Origin: Octopus sinensis
Taxonomy: Eukaryota
Length of the DNA stretch: 17,955 nt
NCBI RefSeq assembly: GCF_006345805.1
Contig: NW_021824718.1
Coordinates: 1 to 17,955 of the forward strand
Reading direction: 5' to 3'
Shown: positions 10,023 through 17,955 of the stretch, in pieces
Numbering within the stretch: the stretch's first letter is position 1
How the letters are laid out: the number at the start of each line of letters is the position of its first letter
Made by a program: the position numbers and the translations under genes
The notes under the pieces: generated by a model
The model's database searches: none
What the model saw: the letters and a program-made list of their open reading frames with translations, nothing else
What the model was told of the DNA's origin: nothing

Positions 10023-10748
10023 CAGATGTGTCTTCACTCTCGCTCCGGGGATTTGGGATTTTTTTTACCCTGGCCAGGAAAAAGAAAAAAATATTACTTT
10101 TTAAAAATAATTTTCAAAACGGAACTTCTCTCAGACTCGTGGGACATCTGCCGTATACTAAAGAGAATTAAAACACATTTCTGGATACAAATGTATTTAT
10201 CTGTTTTAATCTATCCAACATCTTGTTATGGCTTTATGTCAAGCAACTGTTGATATCAAAACATGAAAATAAGCCTATCTTCAAAGAGAATTAAAAAAGA
10301 AAATCCAGTCAAGCATATGGCGAAAAATAATACTTTGACATTAAAAAAAATGCCGTCAATGTTATCAATTTGTATGTTACAGTTTACGTTAACAACAACA
10401 ACAACAACAACACAACAACAACAACAACGACGACGACGACGACAACAACAACGTACGCCAAAACAAGTCATTTTTAAAGAGCTAAAATTTTAATCTTGAA
10501 CTACACAAACAGGACGGCATTATTTCCTTGACTAGGATTGCTAGAAACAGTAAGACGTGGCACTAGATAGAGTTAGCCGAGAAAAACTCTACATGGCAGA
10601 TATACGTAGCCAAAGAAAATACTTCCTTGCATGCTGATAAATTAAACATAAGAGCCTAGGCTTGATATACAAGGTATGTATAGATGTATACATGCAAACA
10701 AAGAGGAAACAAAGACTGATGACTTTCAATGAGTATTTAGATATTTAT

Positions 10749-10984
10749 GCGCAGGCTGTGTGGTAAGAAGCTTGCTTACCAACCACATGGTTCCGGGTTC
10801 AGTTCTACTGCATAGTACCTTGGGCAAGTGTCTTCTACTGGGGCCTCGGGCTGACCAAAACCTTGTGAGTGGATTTGGTCTGCGGAAACTGAAAGAAGCC
10901 CACCGCATGTATATATATATATATATTTGTATAAATGTGTGTGCGTGTCTGTCTCCCCCACCATCGTTTGACAGCCGATGTTTG
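10749..10984 (+). mobile_element. SINE family B: head + CORE + TA/TG + start of the 3' module (truncated)
   Basis: GCGCAGGCTGTGTGGTAAG, CCGGGTTCAGTTC, CCTTGGGCAAGTGTCTTC, GGAAACTGAAAGAAGCCC, then CCCCCACCATCGTTTGACAGCCGATG. Confidence 0.88.
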
Positions 10985-11044
10985 TTGTTGTTGATGATGC
11001 CTGAAGTGGTGAATGTGCTCCGCGGTACACGACCTGGGACTTAC

Positions 11045-11102
11045 CCTGAAACGAGGTTTGGATACTGTTTGAACACATTTTTCTTATCCTTAATTCTTAC
11101 AC
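11045..11102 (-). CDS. Candidate 58-nt internal exon, (G)VRIKDKKNVFKQYPNLVS(G)
   Basis: Acceptor AAATTTAG|G (AG at 11104-11103), consensus donor CAGG|GTAAGT (GT at 11044-11043); stop-free in the phase 1 to phase 2 frame (2+54+2 nt); phase fits the exon ending at 11457. Confidence 0.5.
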
Positions 11103-11120
11103 CTAAATTTAAATTTGACT

Positions 11121-11131
11121 ATATATATATA

Positions 11132-11185
<54 letters not shown>

Positions 11186-11400
11186 TTGTGTGTGTGTGTG
11201 TGTGTGTTGTGTGTGTGTGTGTGTGTGTGTGTATAATACGTATATATAAGGACAGAGTGAGATAGCTAGAGAGATAGACAGAAATATAGAGATAGATAGA
11301 TAGATAGATGATAGAAAAAGAGAGAGAGGGGGAGTGAAGGAGGGAGGGAGGAAGATAGATAGATAGAGAGAGAGGGAGAGGGAGAGAGAGAGAGAGAAGA
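11121..11400. repeat. Compound (TA)n/(TG)n/(GATA)n/(GA)n microsatellite
   Basis: Direct reading of the sequence. Confidence 0.95.
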
Positions 11401-11456
11401 AATGTTTGAATGAAGTTCTTGAAAATGAGCGCGTTACATCTCCCGAAATGTCAGAC

Positions 11457-11799
11457 CAACGATGGCGTCTGTAGTGAAATCTAGAGTTAAACCAGCATTT
11501 TTACATTGAATGCAGGGAGCATTAAGAAGCCAATTAGAAGTAATTGTACAGTAAGAACAAAATAAGTCTATGATTAGTCTTATATTCATTGCGTCTGCTA
11601 CCGAAAACAAAAGCTTTCGAACAAGTTTCGATATTATTAAAAACCTCATCAGTAATACATTGTCTGCAGCTTTGTGTAGCAAAGTGTTGATGAGAGAATC
11701 TCTAAAGTTATGTACATTATCGCAGACTGGTTGGCGCAAAAAGTAAAAAGAGACAGAATTGTTTTGATTCGGGGAATTAGTTTTACTCAGGAACCGAAT
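11457..11799 (-). CDS. Candidate 343-nt exon resembling the C-terminal part of an ANF-receptor/iGluR amino-terminal-like domain
   Basis: Lies in the 123-codon stop-free ORF 11434..11805 in non-repetitive AT-rich DNA. Acceptor TTTTTTGCCATGCAG| (phase 0; alternative strong acceptor ...CCAACCAG| starting 11726). Translation includes LFSVADAMNI, LFC...W..., and AGLTLDFTTD (compare GLTG.i.Fd at the end of iGluR ATDs). The donor GTTG|GTCTGA is weak. Confidence 0.5.
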
Positions 11800-12080
11800 C
11801 TGCATGGCAAAAAATATTTTAGTTAGGTCTTAACGGATTCCAAATAGAATTAATGAAGGCAATTAGAAATAATTATGAGGCGAAGTAATAATTAGACATT
11901 TTAGTCATTCAATATTCTTTAAATTATTTTAGTGAGTCAAATTTTACACCACTCTTCAGGTGTGAAGAACTGTATAAGTAATTTTATCTTCTGACACAAA
12001 ATATTAGTAAAGCAGAGCCGTAACCAATTCTGAACTAAGAAAATCCATTGTTTTCATTCGATTCTATTATTCGGTGATAT

Positions 12081-12199
<119 letters not shown>

Positions 12200-12405
12200 C
12201 GCTCATCGAAGTCGACTCTCGACTCGTTGATCAGTGTCCTCCGGTTCTTGGATGCACATGTCCTCGTAGTTCATCCTGGACCGCTTCTTTCAGATTGGCT
12301 ATGTCCATTCCGGTATCACTCTTGATGGTATCAAACCAGCGGGTTCTTGGTCGGCCTCTTCCTCTCTTGCCACTGACCATTCCGAGCATGATGCCCTTCT
12401 CTGCG
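12200..12405 (-). mobile_element. 3' fragment of an RTE-clade (BovB-like) LINE
   Basis: Minus translation EKGIMLGMVSGKRGRGRPRTRWFDTIKSDTGMDIANLKEAVQD matches the characteristic RTE ORF C-terminus (EK.LMLG..EG.R.RGR.R.RW.D.I); followed by a short 3' UTR ...ACGAGTCGAGAGTCGAC... and a (GATA)n tail. Confidence 0.88.
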
Positions 12406-12450
12406 TGTGTTTGTGCGTGGCTGTGGGTATATATATATATATAAAGATAC

Positions 12451-12837
12451 TTCCCTACTGGAGCCGATTGCAGCAACTTTCCAGTTGAATTGGTGCGCTA
12501 TTTCCTGCACATGATTGCTTGGTCCGGAACTCAAGTAAAGAAAACTACCAAGGATATAAATACGACAGCTGAAACAAGTCCAGAGTAGCTGTAGTTGCTA
12601 AGTGGCAGAAAGTGGAACCCTTCCTCAGGCTAAAATCAATTTGATTCTCTCTTGCCCACGCGTGCAAAACGTACACATCAAGGGGTAAAACGTTTGTGAC
12701 TCTCAGATAAGTACTGATGATAAAGAAGTGTTTCCACCATTGCAATGAGGTTAGAAGAGCATTGAAAAGCTCGGAGTAGCTCCGGCAATTGTTTCGTGAG
12801 GGCAATGTACATCTGATGTTTATTTCGTAGGTAAATT
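12451..12837 (-). CDS. Candidate 387-nt exon (one +1 frameshift) resembling the central part of an ANF-receptor/LIVBP domain
   Basis: Poly-T tract then CACACTTAG|AA (phase 1). Frame 1 is open for about 97 codons: EFTYEINIRCTLPSRNNCRSYSELFNALLTSLQWWKHFFIISTYL...ENQIDFSL. A second frame opens at 12597: ...CRIYILGSFLYLSSGPSNHVQEIAHQFNWKVAAIGSSRE, ending at donor GAA|GTATCT (phase 0). Removing one base between 12597 and 12548 gives 386 nt = 2+128x3. Confidence 0.5.
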
Positions 12838-12913
12838 CTAAGTGTGGTTACCACTTGAAAAAAAAAAGAAAAAAAGAAAAAAGAGAAAACCCAATATATA
12901 TGTCGACCATATA

Positions 12914-13104
12914 TTCTTTTATTTGTTTCTGTCATTTGACTGTGGCCATGCTGGATCACCACCTTTAGTCGAACAAATCGAACCCAGGACTTATTCTTTG
13001 TAAGCCTAATACTTATTCTATCAGTCTCTTTTGCCGAACCGCTAAGTTACGAGGACGTAGATATACCGACATCGGTTGTGAAGCGTTGGTGAGGGACAAA
13101 CATA

Positions 13105-13147
<43 letters not shown>

Positions 13148-13159
13148 CACAAATATACA

Positions 13160-13199
<40 letters not shown>

Positions 13200-13354
13200 T
13201 GATGAGCTTCTTTCATTTTCCGTCAACCAAATCCGCTCGCAAGGTTCTGGTCGGCTCGAGGCTATAGTAGAAGGTACTTGTCCACGCAGTAGGACTGAAC
13301 CCGCGACCATGTGGTTGGTAAGCTAGCTACTCACCACACAGCCACTCCTGCACC
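12914..13354 (-). mobile_element. SINE family B, full composite form with internal (TG)n
   Basis: Head AGGTGCAGGAGTGGCTGTGTGG at 13354 downward, GGGTTCAGTCC, CORE-like body, (CA)n at about 13106-13195, 3' module ending ...GGCCACAGTCAAATGACAGAAACAAATAAAAGAA. Confidence 0.9.
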
Positions 13355-13434
13355 TTTATATGTTTAAAATGAATGACAATATAGCTCCTTATTGCGACTG
13401 ATGTGTTTCATTCTAGTAGAAAAGCATCGGAGTA

Positions 13435-13507
13435 TTGATGATGATAATCATGGAGATGGTGATGATGACGATGACAATGACGATGATGACAATGATGATG
13501 ATGATGG

Positions 13508-13558
<51 letters not shown>

Positions 13559-13661
13559 CGAGGATGCTGATGGCAATCCGATGGTTCTCTAATAAGAAGG
13601 ATCTTGTCAATAAACCACTGCGAGGAATATGTGTGTTTGTCTAAACACACACACACACACG

Positions 13662-13699
<38 letters not shown>

Positions 13700-13750
13700 C
13701 ACACACACACACGCACGCATGCACACACACACACACGCTCACACACACGC
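13435..13750. repeat. (GAT)n (13435-13570) and (CA)n (13645-13750) microsatellites
   Basis: Direct reading; source of the poly-D/M/H ORFs. Confidence 0.95.
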
Positions 13751-13816
13751 ATATTGACTAAATTTGAGCAATACTAAAAAGAATAGAAACCGAATGTCTG
13801 TTATATATATATATAT

Positions 13817-14064
13817 ATCACCGTGATCACCGTGACCGACCAGGCTATCAAATGTTGTTACACATCGCTGGTCACAATGGGTTCGCATTGTTTTAGCCTT
13901 CGAATAACGCCACCCCGATGGCTAAGCGAGCAAGCCAACAGAAGAAAGAGTGGTACTTTTAGGTGTTTTCGCTCAATAAACACACAAAACGCCCGGTCTG
14001 GAATCGAAACCGCGATCCTGCAACCGCGAGTCCGCTGCCCTAACCACTATGCCATTGCGCCTCC
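13817..14064 (-). mobile_element. SINE family C head with internal deletion and an alternative 3' tail
   Basis: Head at 13961-14064 (GGAGGCGCAATGGCATAGTGGTTAGGG...). GAAGAAAGAGTG is shared with 3389-3400, but the distal tail (13817-13945) differs from 3194-3385. Confidence 0.8.
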
Positions 14065-14091
14065 ACACAGACACACACACACACCACACAC

Positions 14092-14165
<74 letters not shown>

Positions 14166-14242
14166 ATATGTATATATATGTATATATATGCATATATAAT
14201 ATAATCTATATATCTATATATGCATATATATGCATATATATA

Positions 14243-14460
14243 GGAGGCGCAATGGCCCAGTGGTTAGGGCAGCGGACTTGCGGTCGGAGGATCGCGTTTC
14301 GATTCCCAGACCGGGCGTTGTGTGTGTTTATTGAGCGAAAACACCTAAAAGCTCCACGAGCTCTTTTAGGGGATGGTGGTGATCCCTGCTGTACTCTTTC
14401 CACCACTCTAAAGGCGGTGGCTCCAGCATGGCCGCAGTCAAATGACTGAAACAAGTACAG
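14243..14460 (+). mobile_element. Chimeric SINE: family C 5' part (14243-14408) fused to the family B 3' terminus (14409-14460)
   Basis: GGAGGCGCAATGGCCCAGTGG...CCCTGCTGTACTCTTTCCACCAC directly followed by TAAAGGCGGTGGCTCCAGCATGGCCGCAGTCAAATGACTGAAACAAG, the reverse complement of 12925-12970. Confidence 0.85.
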
Positions 14461-14792
14461 AAAAAAAATATATGCATATATATACATATATATATACATA
14501 TATATATCTATATATATATATATATACACACACACAAAGTATCCGGAAAACATGTTGCTTCTGCCAGTTGATTGCATTCCAGTGTTCAGTTGAGCCTTCA
14601 TCAGTGTAAACCCATTTAACGATTTCATAATCCGCGAGAGGCTATTTATATACACCTGTACAACCCAAATAATCTATACTGCATGGAAAAAGCAGGAAAT
14701 ACCGAATATATGCTTAGAAAAGATTTACGATGCCAAGAGAATTGCCGAATTACCAGAGGGCTACAACGAGTTCACCTCAATAAAGAACTTAC

Positions 14793-14848
14793 CAGAAGGG
14801 AGAATATGGTTCAGAAGAGTATGATTCAAAGTGTTATTGAGAAATATT
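14793..14848 (-). CDS. Candidate 56-nt exon, IFLNNTLNHTLLNHILPS
   Basis: CCTAAT (branch-point-like) TCGTTTTGCACGGTAG| acceptor; consensus donor CTG|GTAAGT (GT at 14792-14791); phase 2 to phase 1, and its last G joins AA at 12837 to give Glu. The 5' boundary is uncertain. Confidence 0.4.
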
Positions 14849-15159
14849 CTACCGTGCAAAACGAATTAGGGAAACGGTTCGCTAAAAATGAACATGGTCT
14901 TTATTGATTTGTCCTACTTGGAGTTATTTAGCAATAAATTTCGGTTCGTAAATCGTTTGTGAACATGTATCTAATATTTCCGGTTTATTCTCTATACAGT
15001 AACAACCTCAAACGGTTTATTAAATCTGCTCTTGATGAAGTTGATTAGCCACAGAGTACGCCCAGAGGATAATATTCTATTTAGACAAATTAGGATGCAC
15101 ATTGTCGAATACACGAGTGTCTATTTCTTATACATGCATCACACACTCTGACTGTCTGT

Positions 15160-15226
15160 CTATGTATGTATGTATGTATGTATGTATGTATGTATGTATG
15201 TATGTATGTATGTATGTATGTATGTA
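15160..15226. repeat. (TATG)n microsatellite
   Basis: Direct reading of the sequence. Confidence 0.95.
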
Positions 15227-15522
15227 TGCTGGGGCACCGCCTTGAAGGATTTCTTTTAGTCGAATGAATTGACCACATTACATTTTTGAAAGCCTCGTAC
15301 GTATTCTATCGATTCTTCGGCCGAACCGCTAAGTTGCGGGGACATAAACGCACCAACGTCAGTTGCTAAGCAGTGTTGGTGGACAAACATACACACACAC
15401 ACACACACACAGAGGCTTCTTTCAGTTTCCGCCCACCAAATTCACTCACAAGACGTTGACCCGCAGTGGGATTGAACCCAGAACCGTGTGGCTGGTAAGC
15501 AAGTTACTTATCAAACAGCCAC
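15227..15522 (-). mobile_element. SINE family B composite copy, with a ~45-nt deletion in CORE and both ends trimmed
   Basis: GTGGCTGTTTGATAAG...GGGTTCAATCCC head, GGAAACTGAAAGAAGCC, short (TG)n, 3' module GCCGAACCGCTAAGTT...GCACCGCCTT. Confidence 0.82.
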
Positions 15523-15802
15523 TCGTCGGTGTCCACGTCAATTGACGGAACTGTTAATACGTATACTCAGCCAGATCAGCAGCCTCTGAGAACTGGTGTG
15601 ACACATTTGCATAACATATGTGTTTAACGCTTTATTTATTATCAGCGACATGTCAGTGGAGACCTCAGTTCAAGCAGAATATTTGCCAACCTATATAAGT
15701 AAGCTTATAAACACGACAAATTTAAACTATTTCTCGGTAAATTGAACGAAATGATAAACTGCCTTTATCGATTTTCGAATGTTATTCATCAGAGGCCTCT
15801 AC

Positions 15803-16070
15803 GTCATCTGTGTAATCCCAGAGAATAAGCAAACCGCGTGGACGATTATTCTCGTCTGCTTTTCCCAGTTTTTTTCCTTGTCTTTCCTGCTGTCTTTCTA
15901 TTCTACACTCTCTACCAAAGAACTGCAACGCTCTAGGAAGCGTCATAACAATTAACTCTTCCAGAGAACTGAGTATTAAGGACGAAATATGGTCACACAG
16001 ACATACACGCAAACACATGGAAACAAAATGAAAACCAAGACAAAGAAAAAAAATGGAGAAACGCACACAT
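15803..16070 (-). CDS. Candidate first coding exon with a hydrophobic, signal-peptide-like start
   Basis: ORF 15782..16066 in unique DNA: FSIFFLCLGFHFVSMCLRVCLCDHISSLILSSLEELIVMTLPRALQFF...GLLILWDYTDD; in-frame ATG at 16018; an ATG at 16070 would join this frame if the T8 run lost one base; donor GAC|GTAGAG (phase 0). Linkage to the downstream exons is not demonstrated. Confidence 0.3.
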
Positions 16071-16224
16071 CAATTCATTTAGCCAGAGCCGACTAATAAA
16101 AACGAATGGAATTATACATATTCGTGCACAGGCAGAAAGACAGATACGCCGATACGTTTTTATAGAGAAATGCAGGCGCACAGAATACGGCAATAAAGAC
16201 ACGGCTACACGCAGCTATCATATA

Positions 16225-16557
16225 CATGCACACACGCACACACACACGCACACACACACACACACACACAGACGATTGCACAATGTGTATGTGTGTGTGT
16301 GTTTATATACATACACTCATACATATATATATATATATATATACAAATATATATGTATATATATGTATACACATACATATATGTATATATATATATATAT
16401 ATAATGCATAAATGGTTGCCTATACACAGAGAGATGAAGTAAAATTATATTGTGTAGGTACATATCCATTTATTACACACACACACATGTATGCATACAT
16501 TCATACATGTATATAATTATATATACGCAAGCATGCATGTAGTTATATGCATATGTA

Positions 16558-16601
<44 letters not shown>

Positions 16602-16614
16602 CATACTCGCACAA

Positions 16615-16660
<46 letters not shown>
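16225..16660. repeat. Two blocks of (CA)/(TA)/(TG) microsatellite
   Basis: Direct reading of the sequence. Confidence 0.95.
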
Positions 16661-16664
<4 letters not shown>

Positions 16665-16824
16665 GTCTGAAAGTAATGAAGACGCGCTCCAGCTTGAGTC
16701 GTGGTCGTATCGCTGTGAACATTCTCCATTAGTCTGCAACTATTGACGGCAATTGCTTCTCACTGTTAACTTTTTCACTGTTTTACTTTGATGTCGGAAT
16801 AAATCAGTAATTGGAACACCTACA

Positions 16825-17210
16825 CACCACCAGCACCACCACCACCGGCACCTACGACACTACCGCCGCCACCGACACTAATACACTAGTATGACCACCA
16901 GCACCACCACCACCGCCACCTATGACACTAATACACTAGTATGACCACCACCACCACCACCACCAACACCATCGCTGCCGCCGCCACCACCACTTCCACC
17001 ACCACCACCACCACCACCACAAACACCACGACTACCACCACCACCACCACCACCACCACCACCGCCACCGCCGCCACCACCACTACTACCACCCACACCA
17101 ACACTAATACCACTAGTATGACCAACAGCACCATCGCGCTGCCGCCGGCACCATCACCACTGTCGTCATCATCATCGTTATCCTACCCTCCTCCTCCTCC
17201 TCCTCCTCAT
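16825..17210. repeat. (ACC)-rich degenerate repeat with three copies of ACACTAATAC(C)ACTAGTATGACCA
   Basis: Motif copies near 16866, 16925 and 17100 embedded in ACC/GCC triplets. Confidence 0.85.
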
Positions 17211-17239
17211 GATTATCGTCATTATCATCATCAAAAGCA

Positions 17240-17955
17240 ATCGTCTCTTCTTTCTCCCTTCCTCCTCTTCCTTCTCTCCCTCTTCCTCCTTCCTTTCTTC
17301 CTTCCTCCACTTCTTCCTCTCCCTCTCTATCCTCTCCTTCCTCCTTTTCTTCCTCTCCTTCATCATTCCCTTCTGCCTCCTCTTCTCCTTTTCCTCCTTT
17401 CTTTCTCCTTTTCCTCCTTCCTTTCCTTCTCCTCCCCTTTCCTCTCTCCTCCCCATTCTTCTCTTCCATCTCTCTCCTCTTCCTCCTTCCTTCCTCCACC
17501 TCTTCCTCCCCTCTCTATCCTCTCCTTCCTCCCTTTCTTCCTCGCCTTCATCATTCCCTTCTGCCTCCTCTTCTCCTTTTCCTCCTTTCTTTCTCCTTTT
17601 CCTCCTTCCTTTCCTTCTCCTCCCCTTTCCTCCTCCTCCCCATTCTTCCTCTTCCATCTCTCTCCTCTTCCTCCTTCCTTCCTCCACCTCTTCCTCTCCC
17701 TCTCTATCCTCTCCTTCCTCCCTTTCTTCCTCGCCTTCATCATTCCCTTCTGCCTCCTCTTCTCCTTTTCCTCCTTTCTTTCTCATCTTCTTCCTTCGTT
17801 TTCCCCTCCCCCCTTTCCTCCTCCTCCTCCCCATTCCTCCTCTTCCATCTCTCTCCTCTTCCTCCCAGTCTTTCCTCCTTTTTCCTTCTCTCTTCTTCCT
17901 ATCTTCCTTCGCTATTCTCCTTCATCCCTCATTCAGTTCTCTCCGCTCTCCATCC
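17240..17955. repeat. Polypyrimidine/polypurine satellite, about 3.5 units of 188-189 bp
   Basis: CATCATTCCCTTCTGCCTCC anchors at 17361, 17549, 17738; the plus strand is almost entirely C/T. Confidence 0.92.

Noticed and set aside
9990-10160. Minus-strand phase-2 exon candidates (IRQMSHESERSSVLKIIFK; VKKIPNPRSESEDTSD + poly-N) as the exon after 11045
   Set aside because: Phase-compatible, but the first has a weak donor, the second runs into an (AAT)n repeat, and neither has a recognisable motif.
12678-12853. Alternative frame VVTTLRIYL...KRFTP from the CAAG acceptor at 12853
   Set aside because: Ends in a stop with no usable donor, whereas the frame from the acceptor at 12837 is longer and fits the neighbouring exons.
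13823-14449. 208-aa plus-strand ORF
   Set aside because: Composed entirely of two inverted SINEs and the microsatellite between them.
17113-17834. E/G/K/R-rich ORFs as a neurofilament-like or charged protein
   Set aside because: All three minus frames are similarly open, the 188-bp unit shifts the frame, and no splice sites or unique sequence support it.

Overview
Eukaryotic, AT-rich, repeat-dense genomic DNA. Its tRNA-derived SINE families look like those of Octopus (coleoid cephalopod); this is an inference from pattern recognition, not a search. Most of the window is microsatellite, at least four tRNA-headed SINE families (12 or more copies, several tandem or chimeric), an RTE-LINE 3' end, and two larger tandem arrays. 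Most ORFs in the supplied track are microsatellite or SINE artefacts. Three signals not evident from that track stand out. (1) A chain of phase-compatible minus-strand candidate exons (about 16070 to 11045) whose joined translation follows the motif order of a type-1 periplasmic-binding (ANF-receptor/LIVBP, iGluR amino-terminal-like) ectodomain, with one frameshift. (2) A heavily decayed Penelope-like reverse transcriptase (about 1300-2930, minus) split by a triple SINE. (3) A 26-unit minisatellite (7598-8520) whose core GGAACTTTCCAGGAAGT overlaps Rel/NF-kB-like, STAT and ETS consensus sites. All protein-family assignments are by-eye motif matches and need HMM and RNA-seq confirmation.
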